Sequence record: NC_019401.1 | DNA: 64,000 bases | Direction: 5' to 3' (one strand) | Shown here: positions 37,761 through 46,800 of the stretch, piece after piece | How positions within the stretch are numbered: position 1 is the stretch's first letter | How the letters are laid out: every line of letters begins with the position of its first letter | Made by a program: the position numbers and the translations under genes | Notes under the pieces: generated by a model | The model's input: the letters and a program-made list of their open reading frames with translations, nothing else | Databases searched by the model: none | What the model was told of the DNA's origin: nothing

Positions 37761-38210
37761 ATGATTATTATGAGCGAACATTTTGATCCTAATGACATAC
37801 GAAGTATGATTGATTATGTAGAAACTACTGACGATACCCACGAAGATATATTAATTAAATTCGTAGAGAATAGTCTATTTCTAGAATCGCAAGCACACCA
37901 CTGGCATCTACAATGCATGTACTATTCAAAACATATGGAACTGGATGAATTTTATAAAGGTTTACCAGAATATGTTGATGAATTCATTGAAGGTTTGATG
38001 GCAGAACGTGGACCAATATTCAGTACTGGAAGTTCTTATGTATTCCAGCCATTAGAAGAAGCAATCCCTCTACTTGAGCAATATGTACAGCACTGCCACA
38101 AAATACATGAAATATTGGACAGTCTTGATGAATATGGTTCAGTTAACAAACTAGAAGATATTATTAGTTTTGTTGACAGCATTTTATACAAACTTAAAGT
38201 ACTACAATAA
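37761..38210 (+). CDS. ferritin/Dps-like four-helix bundle protein
   Basis: QAHHWHLQC...HMELDEFY...VDEFIE resembles Dps ferroxidase helices; TAAATA at 37734-37739 upstream. Confidence 0.65.
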   Translation: MIIMSEHFDPNDIRSMIDYVETTDDTHEDILIKFVENSLFLESQAHHWHLQCMYYSKHMELDEFYKGLPEYVDEFIEGLMAERGPIFSTGSSYVFQPLEEAIPLLEQYVQHCHKIHEILDSLDEYGSVNKLEDIISFVDSILYKLKVLQ

Positions 38211-38215
38211 TCAAT

Positions 38216-38240
38216 AAGGACACATAATGTGTCCTTTCTT
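38216..38240 (+). terminator. rho-independent terminator
   Basis: AAGGACACA-TAA-TGTGTCCTT plus T-rich tail. Confidence 0.75.
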
Positions 38241-38254
38241 TTTGGGAGAAGAAA

Positions 38255-38785
38255 ATGAAAGTTCTAATTAATACTCATCATCATGATTGGGATTGTGAAA
38301 CTTGTGGTGGTTCATCGTCAACAACTATTTCATTTGACAATAGTGAGCTTGGATATTTTGAAGATGGAGAACCAGCTACTTGCTTCACTGGTAAGGATGG
38401 TGATCTATACACGGTGTTGAAAGAGTTGAATTCAAGACTCAAGGAACGTGGAATATCCATAGATTTAAAAGAATTTGATGATACTTTATCAGAAAAGTAC
38501 TATGAAATTATGGAATCATTGGATTGGGATTTTGAAGCAGCAAGTACTGAACAAAATGAAATTATATCATCATATGACAAATCGTATGAAGAATATATCT
38601 TGTTTTATGCAGAAGATTCATTGATTGAACACTATTCAAAACATGGCATTTTTCTAGAATTTGAAGAAACGTGTGATGAAATTGAATATGATGATTATGA
38701 TGCCGATGAGCATGATCAATATTATTCAGACTTGTTTGATAATGGTTACACAACTGATGACTCTTATACAAGAGACGATGAATAA
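38255..38785 (+). CDS. acidic hypothetical protein
   Basis: 176 aa, N-terminal CETC, D/E-rich. Confidence 0.75.
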   Translation: MKVLINTHHHDWDCETCGGSSSTTISFDNSELGYFEDGEPATCFTGKDGDLYTVLKELNSRLKERGISIDLKEFDDTLSEKYYEIMESLDWDFEAASTEQNEIISSYDKSYEEYILFYAEDSLIEHYSKHGIFLEFEETCDEIEYDDYDADEHDQYYSDLFDNGYTTDDSYTRDDE

Positions 38786-38810
38786 AGGAGGCTTTTGCCT
38801 CCTTTTCTTT
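38784..38810 (+). terminator. rho-independent terminator
   Basis: AAAGGAGGC-TTTT-GCCTCCTTT plus T-rich tail. Confidence 0.75.
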
Positions 38811-38822
38811 TATGGAGAAAAT

Positions 38823-39257
38823 ATGTACAAATTATATAGATTTGAAATGGATTATGGAAGAAATGGTTCATTAGACGGACTATTCATCAGTACTGATGAA
38901 GAATTAAATTTGATTAATAATGCTACCATTTATTTTGGTGAAGCGTTTGGTAAACACTCTGAAGTATGGATTGATGATTTTGAGTGGGAAAAATGCTGTA
39001 CTGTTATTAGCGATGAACAAGAAAAGATTGAATGGCTAATTGATCTTATGGGATACACACTTACTGGCTACAATCCACTAGATTACTTTGAGTACACCGA
39101 AAGTAGTGAATATCAAGAAGGGTATGATGCAGACCTAGAGGATATGGATTGCGAATACGAAATGCCAGGTGAAATTGCTCGTTGGTTCAAGGGAAAAGAA
39201 GATCGTCGAGTTTATGAGTTTGAGTGCAAGGATACTGACGATGACCAAGATGATTAA
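38823..39257 (+). CDS. hypothetical protein
   Basis: ATG 38823 with GGAG RBS; MYKLYRFEMDYGRNG. Confidence 0.75.
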   Translation: MYKLYRFEMDYGRNGSLDGLFISTDEELNLINNATIYFGEAFGKHSEVWIDDFEWEKCCTVISDEQEKIEWLIDLMGYTLTGYNPLDYFEYTESSEYQEGYDADLEDMDCEYEMPGEIARWFKGKEDRRVYEFECKDTDDDQDD

Positions 39258-39528
39258 AATCAGTAAGGTGATAGTTGTAGACGAAGAAGTTGAATTGAAT
39301 AAATTCCTAGAAAGTAAAGCTGCACATTTTGAATTTATTGATGAGAATTTAGATACTTCCTACATGAAATCTTATGGTTATCCAGATGAAAGCTTTATTC
39401 TAGTATTACAAGAATATGATTGTGGTGACATTTGTTATAGTGAAATTGGTTATGTAATTTGTCCAGACGAACCAAAAAACATGCGTAAACATGTTTTGGA
39501 TAATATGGATTCATTTGTGGAGTTGTAA
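39250..39528 (+). CDS. hypothetical protein
   Basis: overlaps upstream stop; start approximate. Confidence 0.65.
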   Translation: MIKISKVIVVDEEVELNKFLESKAAHFEFIDENLDTSYMKSYGYPDESFILVLQEYDCGDICYSEIGYVICPDEPKNMRKHVLDNMDSFVEL

Positions 39529-39533
39529 AATAA

Positions 39534-39833
39534 ATGGCATTGAGAGCATATATCAGTACTCCACATGATTTACTTCGTGACGAAAATAATAATCCAACCG
39601 AATTATTAAAAAAGTACTGGAGTATTCGTAAAATGGATTATGGTAAAGAGCGTAGGGCTTTAATCCTAGAAGTGCTTAATGCTGGTTTTAGTTTTGCTGT
39701 AAACAGAAAATACTGCTTACAAACAAAAACTGATCCAGATTTAAAGCGTCTTATCAAAAAAGGTAAGATTAAAATTGTTAACTGTCCAGATTCATACGGT
39801 TCAGTTAAGACTACGCATATTCAGCTAAAGTAA
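39534..39833 (+). CDS. hypothetical basic protein
   Basis: 99 aa. Confidence 0.7.
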   Translation: MALRAYISTPHDLLRDENNNPTELLKKYWSIRKMDYGKERRALILEVLNAGFSFAVNRKYCLQTKTDPDLKRLIKKGKIKIVNCPDSYGSVKTTHIQLK

Positions 39834-39846
39834 AAAGGATTTTTTA

Positions 39847-40416
39847 ATGGCTAAATTGTACTATAAATTTAGTTCCATGAATGCAGGTAAAAGTACTAAC
39901 CTACTTCAGATTGCATTTAACTACAAGGAACGTGGTTATAACACATTAATTTTCACATCTGCTCTAGATGACCGTTACGGTACTGGTAAGGTAACTTCCA
40001 GGATTGGTATTGATGCAGATGCTATTATTATACCAAAAGACGATCTGACAGTACTAAATGATGCCAAAGACGCATTAATTTCAAATCAGATTGCAGCAAT
40101 TTTTGTAGATGAATGTCAATTTTTATCTAAAGAGCAAGTTGATATCTTAGGTGAGATTGTCGATGAATTTGAAATACCAGTTTTCTGCTATGGTATAAGA
40201 ACTGATTTTGAATCTAAGCTTTTTAGTGGTTCACAAAGACTATTTGAAATTGCAGACAGTATTGAAGAATTGCGTAATATTTGTCAGTGCGGAAAGAAAG
40301 CAATTTTTAATGCCAGATTAGTTGACAGTACTGAACAAGTGTTGATTGGTGGTAATGATGTTTATCAGAGTATGTGCAGACGTTGTTATCGTAAGTTTAT
40401 TCAACAAAAACCTTGA
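39847..40416 (+). CDS. tdk: thymidine kinase
   Basis: SMNAGKST, VDECQFL, YGIRTDF, C-terminal zinc site. Confidence 0.96.
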   Translation: MAKLYYKFSSMNAGKSTNLLQIAFNYKERGYNTLIFTSALDDRYGTGKVTSRIGIDADAIIIPKDDLTVLNDAKDALISNQIAAIFVDECQFLSKEQVDILGEIVDEFEIPVFCYGIRTDFESKLFSGSQRLFEIADSIEELRNICQCGKKAIFNARLVDSTEQVLIGGNDVYQSMCRRCYRKFIQQKP

Positions 40417-40441
40417 CATAGTAGCAATGAGCCGGTATAAT
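40413..40441 (+). promoter_or_regulatory. sigma70 consensus promoter
   Basis: TTGACA-N17-TATAAT, perfect consensus. Confidence 0.85.
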
Positions 40442-40472
40442 CGGCTCATATGTTTTTAATGAAGGAAAGATT

Positions 40473-40979
40473 ATGGTTGCCGATATTATAATGTTGGTTA
40501 TGTCTTCTATATGGTTTATTGCTAGTATTATTAATTCTGGATATGTGGGTATTAACTTCCAGCGTAGAATTAAGTTCCTACTTAAACAAACAGATAAAGA
40601 AAGTTCTGCGTTAATAATTCGTATTATTGAAAGATATAAGAACGGTGAATTTACTGTACAGAAAAGTAAGTACAACGATAACTTACTATTCACAAAAGTA
40701 ATTGAGAATGGTGGAATGAGTTATGATACTCAACGAATGTATGTTCAGGTTGATGAACCATTGCATAAGTCGTTTGGGTGGGTAGCTGATGAGCCAGTGC
40801 ATGTTGCACATTATAAAGATAACTTTCGTGATGTATGTAAAAACCGTGGGGCAATTTCATTTGAAGCATGGTCAATGCTTATGGAATTGCGTTCTAAATT
40901 AAATGAAGATGCTGAAAAGCCTGTTCGACATGGATTCTTCAAACGTAAACATAAAAACGAGGAAGTACATTTATCATGA
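40473..40979 (+). CDS. membrane-anchored hypothetical protein
   Basis: N-terminal TM. Confidence 0.7.
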   Translation: MVADIIMLVMSSIWFIASIINSGYVGINFQRRIKFLLKQTDKESSALIIRIIERYKNGEFTVQKSKYNDNLLFTKVIENGGMSYDTQRMYVQVDEPLHKSFGWVADEPVHVAHYKDNFRDVCKNRGAISFEAWSMLMELRSKLNEDAEKPVRHGFFKRKHKNEEVHLS

Positions 40980-41557
40980 TTATTGAGATTATTGCAGTAC
41001 TTGCATCACAGCTTGGAATTACTGGATTATCTCTGTTAGGTTATCATCGTTGGGTAAGTCCTAAAAAAGAAAAACGCCCCGCTAAAGAGCTTTCATACCA
41101 ACCTGGTGAATTGACAGCATCACAAAATCTCGGTTTAGTGGTTCAAGATTTAGATGAAACTGTAGAAGTAATAACGGCTGACGAACATCTTAAACGGCTA
41201 ATTAAAATGTATCCAGATGCTGCAAAAGATTATCATAAGCATCATGCAGAAAAACGTCTTCTTAATCGGGCAGACCGTTATATTTTACGAATGCTTCTTG
41301 CGGTGGAAGCAGGTGAAATGACCGTTAAGAAAACTTCGCATCATATAGAATTTAGTAATGGCGATACCATTTGGACAAGTAATGCATATTACAGCTATGG
41401 CAATCTTGATCATTCACCGGATAATCCGCACTGTCGATTTTCTTGCAGTGATGGGCGTTTAAGTCTTTATACATTTATGCGTATTGTTCATTTAGAAGAA
41501 ACTGAATTTGAACCATTACTACGATTAAAAAACAAAACTATTAGGGTAACAGCATGA
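40976..41557 (+). CDS. membrane-anchored hypothetical protein
   Basis: N-terminal TM; WTSNAYYSYG. Confidence 0.7.
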   Translation: MIIEIIAVLASQLGITGLSLLGYHRWVSPKKEKRPAKELSYQPGELTASQNLGLVVQDLDETVEVITADEHLKRLIKMYPDAAKDYHKHHAEKRLLNRADRYILRMLLAVEAGEMTVKKTSHHIEFSNGDTIWTSNAYYSYGNLDHSPDNPHCRFSCSDGRLSLYTFMRIVHLEETEFEPLLRLKNKTIRVTA

Positions 41558-41913
41558 CACGAGAACATTCATTTTATAAAGAAATAGCACGTTGTAAAAC
41601 TTCTTATGTAACCATTCATATGGCTGGTGATTATGATACTGCGGTAACGTGTGCACGTAATTTCACCTTTGAAGAAGGTGCTTGTTATCAACTTAGTAAA
41701 TGTGATTATGTTTACACTGGTGGTAAAGAATCAGGCATTATGGCTCGTGTTATTTGCTATCCACGTTTTCCTAAAACTGACGAGCAGTTGATGGATGAAG
41801 CAACACGTTTTGCTTATATGTTAGCCGAAAGTTTATGTCAAAAAAGCTTTTCTATTGAAAGCTCTAATGAAACAATCTATTTTCAAAGCAATAAACCACT
41901 ACATGGGAAATAA
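41554..41913 (+). CDS. conserved hypothetical phage protein
   Basis: 119 aa, YVYTGGKESG...ICYPRFP. Confidence 0.75.
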   Translation: MTREHSFYKEIARCKTSYVTIHMAGDYDTAVTCARNFTFEEGACYQLSKCDYVYTGGKESGIMARVICYPRFPKTDEQLMDEATRFAYMLAESLCQKSFSIESSNETIYFQSNKPLHGK

Positions 41914-41915
41914 AA

Positions 41916-42491
41916 ATGAACTCGTTCATTGAACATGCATATAAAGAAGTAATCAATCAATATATGCTATCCTTTCAGCACCGTGCAACAGATGAGTATG
42001 AACGAAGCTGGTTTCCATCTGAATTTCCTCATTTAGTGCGAGATAGTAATATATTTCCAGTACTATATGACATGAATGTTAATTCATACAATGCACCTTG
42101 GTATACTGGTATTTGTTTACCTGTTGCACTATTTGTCAAACATTATATGAAAGATGTACATAATACTGATGTAGAAATGGTTGGATTATGGGAAGACCGA
42201 AATAGCCCATATACTCAATCAGTAGATATTCCTCCAATTTTCTGCCATTGTGTTATTAAGTATAACAATAAGTTTCATGATGCTTTTTGGCCTGAAGGAA
42301 CTCAAGATGAAAGTAAAATCTTGTTCGCTGGGGATTGCTTCTATGCAGGTGTTGATAGCGTTATCGATATGTACCTGAATCATCAGGGGTCTGCGTTTTT
42401 AAATGAAAATTTATTTGACAAAGTAAAAACTGCGTTGTACAATAGCCGGAATTTAGCAGAAAACAACTTTTTAAATTTAGAACAAGTATAA
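41916..42491 (+). CDS. hypothetical protein
   Basis: 191 aa; GIC...HC...HDA could be a papain/transglutaminase-like triad, unconfirmed. Confidence 0.7.
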   Translation: MNSFIEHAYKEVINQYMLSFQHRATDEYERSWFPSEFPHLVRDSNIFPVLYDMNVNSYNAPWYTGICLPVALFVKHYMKDVHNTDVEMVGLWEDRNSPYTQSVDIPPIFCHCVIKYNNKFHDAFWPEGTQDESKILFAGDCFYAGVDSVIDMYLNHQGSAFLNENLFDKVKTALYNSRNLAENNFLNLEQV

Positions 42492-42502
42492 GAGAGATTA
42501 AA

Positions 42503-43768
42503 ATGTCTGAGTTTGTAACTGAAGGTCGCCGCCTGGTAACGATCCGTAAAATTAACGAAATTAACCCGATTCCAAATGCAGATGCTATTGAAGTCGCAAC
42601 CATAGATGGTTGGAATGTTGTCACCAAAAAAGGTGAATTCAGCGTTGGTGATTACTGTGTATTTTTTGAAATCGATTCATTTCTTCCAGCGAATGATCCA
42701 CGATTTTCATTCCTTGCAAAAAATGGAACTAAAACTGATGAAGCTGGTGCAGAACGTATTCGTCTTCGTTCAGTTAAACTTCGTGGTCAGCTTTCCCAGG
42801 GTTTAGCTCTACCAGTAAGTGCATTTTCTGATTTCTTTTTCCGTATCAATGATCGTGTGATGTATTGTCTGGCTCCCGATGCAGAAACCATTATGGGTCA
42901 TGCACTACAAGATCTGAAAGAACTCGAAGAATCTCGCGTAGGTATTGAAAAGTTTCTTAATGTAACTAAGTACGAACGCCCTGATGAACGAAATGGTGGT
43001 ACTGGAGCAGGTAAAGCAAAAACTGCTGGCAATTTCCCAATTATGATTCCTAAAACGGATGAAGACCGTGTACAGAATGTATTTGGTAAATTCAAACAAA
43101 CTATGCAGGGTGTTCCGTTCCGTAAATCACTTAAACTTGATGGTTCAAGTCAGACGATTGCGTATTTCAATAATCCTGATTTCTTTGTTGATAAAGTGGA
43201 TGATGAAGTTGTTGCATGGGATGAAGAATCTCAAGAGTTAAAAGTACTGGAAGTGAAACCATATCCTTTCCAGTGGGAAAGTTCTCAGGTAGTAGTTTGT
43301 TCACGTAACCTTGCATTGAAATTTGATGAAAGTACTGCATTCTGGAAAGCAGCATTGAAAGATGATATTCCAGCACGTCTTAAAAAGTACTGTGAAGACC
43401 ATGACCGCCAGCTTGCACTTCAGGGTGAATGTATGGGGCCAGGTATCCAAGGTAACCGCGAACAATTGGAAGAACATGAATTCTATTGCTTCCGTATTTG
43501 GGATATTGACAATCAGAACTTCCTTGATGATGCAGATTTCATTGAAGTAACTCGTATCCTTGGAATTAATATTGTACCACAAGGTGAGATTGTTTACTTC
43601 TTTGATGAATATGAAACTATCAAAGATGCCCTTGCAAGTGCAGACCATGCAAGTATTGTTCATCCTATTGCAGAAGGTGATGTTTATAAAAGTACTGTTA
43701 AAGTTAATGGTCAAACTATTCACTTTAAAGTTATTAATGATAAATTCCTTCTGAAGTGTGAAGATTAA
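42503..43768 (+). CDS. ATP-dependent RNA ligase, DRB0094-like (N-terminal OB fold)
   Basis: KLDGSS (KxDG), LQGECMGPGIQGN, EGDVYK, FKVIN; N-terminal IPNADAIEVATIDGW. Confidence 0.88.
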   Translation: MSEFVTEGRRLVTIRKINEINPIPNADAIEVATIDGWNVVTKKGEFSVGDYCVFFEIDSFLPANDPRFSFLAKNGTKTDEAGAERIRLRSVKLRGQLSQGLALPVSAFSDFFFRINDRVMYCLAPDAETIMGHALQDLKELEESRVGIEKFLNVTKYERPDERNGGTGAGKAKTAGNFPIMIPKTDEDRVQNVFGKFKQTMQGVPFRKSLKLDGSSQTIAYFNNPDFFVDKVDDEVVAWDEESQELKVLEVKPYPFQWESSQVVVCSRNLALKFDESTAFWKAALKDDIPARLKKYCEDHDRQLALQGECMGPGIQGNREQLEEHEFYCFRIWDIDNQNFLDDADFIEVTRILGINIVPQGEIVYFFDEYETIKDALASADHASIVHPIAEGDVYKSTVKVNGQTIHFKVINDKFLLKCED

Positions 43769-43775
43769 GTTTTAT

Positions 43776-43802
43776 TAGCAGCTTAATTAAGCTGCTATTT
43801 TT
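43776..43802 (+). terminator. rho-independent terminator
   Basis: TAGCAGCTT-AATT-AAGCTGCTA plus T run. Confidence 0.75.
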
Positions 43803-43813
43803 AAGTAAGAAAA

Positions 43814-43843
43814 ATGAAACGCCTCTGAAAAATGTGGTATAAT
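43814..43843 (+). promoter_or_regulatory. promoter, ATGAAAC-N17-TATAAT class
   Basis: ATGAAAC, 17 nt, TGG-TATAAT. Confidence 0.7.
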
Positions 43844-43936
43844 CATAGCATTAAAGGACGTGCTGGGGAGCACACCTTAAATGATATAAGAAGTGAGTCA
43901 ACAAAAAATTAATCCATTTCTGAAAAGGAAACAAAA

Positions 43937-45451
43937 ATGTCAGCATTTAAAAACGCAGTAAACAATGTAAACACAACCGCAGCAAATAACCGTTCTACAA
44001 CCGCTAATGGTGGTGCGTCTCTAAAGAGTACCCTAAATCCATTGGTTGATCTGTTCTTCATGATCGGTTCTCTACGTAACAAAGATCTTGGTGCGTACAA
44101 AGCACAATTTGATGCAGCATATGCAGCTAACCCAACGTTAGCATTGCAGATGATTCTTTGGGCACGTGATGTTCGTGGTGGTGCTGGCGAACGTAATACC
44201 CCACGTGAACTTTTGAAGTATTTGGAAGTGAAACATCCTGAAGATGTATTGCGTGTAATTCCAGTACTTGCAGAATTCGGTCGTTGGGATGATCTGTTGA
44301 TCTTCAAAACCGCTGCTGCGAAGTCCGTTGCGTATTCTGCAATTGCAGAAGCACTACAAAGTGGTAATGGTCTTTGTGCAAAATGGATGCCACGCATCTA
44401 TAAATTCAAAAAGAATGCACAAGGTGTTGTTGATATGAATAGTACGGCGAACAAAAACCGTGCACATAACAACAAAATTGCACGTGAAATCATGGCTACC
44501 ATGAATATCAACGAACGTACTTATCGTAAGCTACTTGCATCTTTGAGCAACACCGTTGAACAAAAGATGTGTGCGAACGAATGGGATGAAATTGATTACG
44601 GCAAGCTACCATCAGTTGCAAGTTCTCGTTATCTACCAGCATTCATGAAACGTGATGAAAATCGCTATCGTGAATACCTAGCTTCTCTTGAAAAAGGTGA
44701 AGGTAAAGTTAACGCTGGTGCATTGTTCCCATACGATGTAACTCGTAAGTTAAACACTAATTCTCAGGCAACTACTCTTGCAGTAGCACAATGGGAACAG
44801 TTGAAAAACTTTATGGGTGAAAACACCGCAGTACCAATGGTTGATACTTCCGGCTCCATGACTTGTCGTGCAGGTGAAAGTGGTATGTCTTGTATGGACA
44901 TTGCAATCTCTCTTGGTCTGTATATTGCAGACAAACAAGAAGGTGCGTTCAAAGACTTGTTCTTGAACTTTAGTTCCCGTCCACGTTTGTTTGAACTTAA
45001 AGGTAACAATATTGCAGAGAAACATCGCGATATTCTACGTTATCAGGCAGGTCAATATTGGGGTGGTAGCACCAACGTTGAAGCAGCTTTCCAGGAAGTT
45101 CTTCGTGTTGCAGTAGCTCAGCAAGTTCCTGCTGATCAAATGCCAAAGAACTTAATTGTTCTTAGCGATATGGAATTTAACGCATCAACTTCTGGTGGTT
45201 GGAACGCAACTGCTTACAATAAAGCGAAAGCTGATTTTGCACGTGCAGGTTATGAACTACCAACAGTTGTATTCTGGAATCTAAATGCACGTGCTGGTAA
45301 CAATCCAGTTCGTTTCGACCAGAACAATGTAGCACTTGTAAGTGGTTTCAGCCCTTCAGTACTAGAAGCAATTCTAAGTGGTGAAGATGTTGATCCAGTA
45401 AAAGTAATGCTACGTGCAATCGATACTCCACGGTATCGTGTACTAGGTTAA
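43937..45451 (+). CDS. TROVE/Ro60-like (DUF2828) protein with C-terminal vWA domain
   Basis: RDVRGGAGER, FGRWDDL, AKWMPR, VDTSGSM (MIDAS), LSDMEF, VFWNL. Confidence 0.85.
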   Translation: MSAFKNAVNNVNTTAANNRSTTANGGASLKSTLNPLVDLFFMIGSLRNKDLGAYKAQFDAAYAANPTLALQMILWARDVRGGAGERNTPRELLKYLEVKHPEDVLRVIPVLAEFGRWDDLLIFKTAAAKSVAYSAIAEALQSGNGLCAKWMPRIYKFKKNAQGVVDMNSTANKNRAHNNKIAREIMATMNINERTYRKLLASLSNTVEQKMCANEWDEIDYGKLPSVASSRYLPAFMKRDENRYREYLASLEKGEGKVNAGALFPYDVTRKLNTNSQATTLAVAQWEQLKNFMGENTAVPMVDTSGSMTCRAGESGMSCMDIAISLGLYIADKQEGAFKDLFLNFSSRPRLFELKGNNIAEKHRDILRYQAGQYWGGSTNVEAAFQEVLRVAVAQQVPADQMPKNLIVLSDMEFNASTSGGWNATAYNKAKADFARAGYELPTVVFWNLNARAGNNPVRFDQNNVALVSGFSPSVLEAILSGEDVDPVKVMLRAIDTPRYRVLG

Positions 45452-45458
45452 TAACCTA

Positions 45459-45483
45459 AAGCCTCACTTCGGTGGGGCTTTTT
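45459..45483 (+). terminator. rho-independent terminator
   Basis: AAGCCTCAC-TTCG-GTGGGGCTT plus T run. Confidence 0.85.
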
Positions 45484-45501
45484 CATTTAAAAGGAAGTTA
45501 T

Positions 45502-45642
45502 ATGAAAACTTTAAGAAATCACTTATTTGGTTTTGTTATGATGTATAAAACATCATTTGCAATTAATCCAGTTATCACAACCGTTGGTACAATTGTAGCA
45601 GCAGTATTTGTAGCATCATTAGCAAAAATCTTTGGTCTGTAA
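45502..45642 (+). CDS. small membrane protein (not in ORF track)
   Basis: 46 aa, MKTLRNHLFG...ASLAKIFGL; AAGGA RBS. Confidence 0.6.
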   Translation: MKTLRNHLFGFVMMYKTSFAINPVITTVGTIVAAVFVASLAKIFGL

Positions 45643-45695
45643 TTATTATTGCAGTACTGATGTGCTAATATAAATTAAAATAATAGAGGTGCATC

Positions 45696-46118
45696 GTGAC
45701 CCAATATATTGAACTGGTCGGGTATATCGAATATGACCCTGACCGGAAAGATATGAAGCGACGTACTGAGTATTGGTGTGTATTGCAGTTACCAAATGAT
45801 TTGGTTCGTTATTATCAGTACTTTGTACGCAAAGAGAAACATATTGAACTTGAAATGCCAGCATGGGGTGCACACTCCAGTATTATTCGTGGCGAAAAAC
45901 CAGATGATGAACATATTCACTTATGGAAAAAGTATCATCGTAAAAAAGTAAAGATTCGCTTTAAACCTGATATTATTGAGGTTAAAGACCGTAAGAAGGA
46001 CGGTAGTTTTTATATTATCAACTTTGAATCACCAGAATTATGTGAACTACGGCGTGAATTGGGTTTACCAGTTTATCCTGAATTTCACATAACAATTGGC
46101 AGAACTTATTATGACTGA
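45696..46118 (+). CDS. 2H phosphoesterase-family protein
   Basis: HxS (WGAHSSIIRG) and HxT (FHITIG); GTG start with GAGG RBS. Confidence 0.65.
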   Translation: MTQYIELVGYIEYDPDRKDMKRRTEYWCVLQLPNDLVRYYQYFVRKEKHIELEMPAWGAHSSIIRGEKPDDEHIHLWKKYHRKKVKIRFKPDIIEVKDRKKDGSFYIINFESPELCELRRELGLPVYPEFHITIGRTYYD

Positions 46119-46686
46119 AATACGATATAAAATATTGGATAGTGTAAACGGTAGATACGTTGAACTTATATCAATAAGTGCAATTCCAATATACAGTCCT
46201 TTTGGTAAAACATTTTTTACATATGGTGATGCACTTGGTTATCTGGTGAAAACTCAAAGAGATTGTATGGCAGTTCGAAGATATTTAAATTTAAGCCGCT
46301 TCAAAATACAAGAACTTCATCTGATTCCATATAATACATCTGAGGTATATGATGGTATTGAAGATTCTATTATGAATGACCCTGATTCTGATGATAAACA
46401 TGAGTGGTTAAAAGCTATACTATCTCAGGCAGTACTTGATGGTTTTGGCATCATAAAACCAGCGTTATTAAATTTTGTCTTGACATATGATAAATATCAG
46501 CCTATGCTATCAGAATTAGTACCTCCTCATATGATACAGTGTATTGATGAGTTTAAAACGGTAGGAATTCAAGGCTGTGATTTAGACCTTTTGGGGTCTA
46601 TCTCATTGACAGCAAGCGAAAAACAGCTTAATATGTACGACATAGACGGCTTGTTCAAGCGAAGAAAAGAAAACGCTTCGAAGTAG
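46111..46686 (+). CDS. hypothetical protein
   Basis: ATG 46111 overlapping upstream stop. Confidence 0.7.
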   Translation: MTEIRYKILDSVNGRYVELISISAIPIYSPFGKTFFTYGDALGYLVKTQRDCMAVRRYLNLSRFKIQELHLIPYNTSEVYDGIEDSIMNDPDSDDKHEWLKAILSQAVLDGFGIIKPALLNFVLTYDKYQPMLSELVPPHMIQCIDEFKTVGIQGCDLDLLGSISLTASEKQLNMYDIDGLFKRRKENASK

Positions 46687-46800
46687 TATTCGTACTATTG
46701 TAGAAAGTCCAAAAAGCGGCTTTGTGCAAATAAGGTCGCAACTTTATACCGTCCTTATTATGCAGAAGTCGTGGAACAAAATGTAAAATAAGGAGGAATT

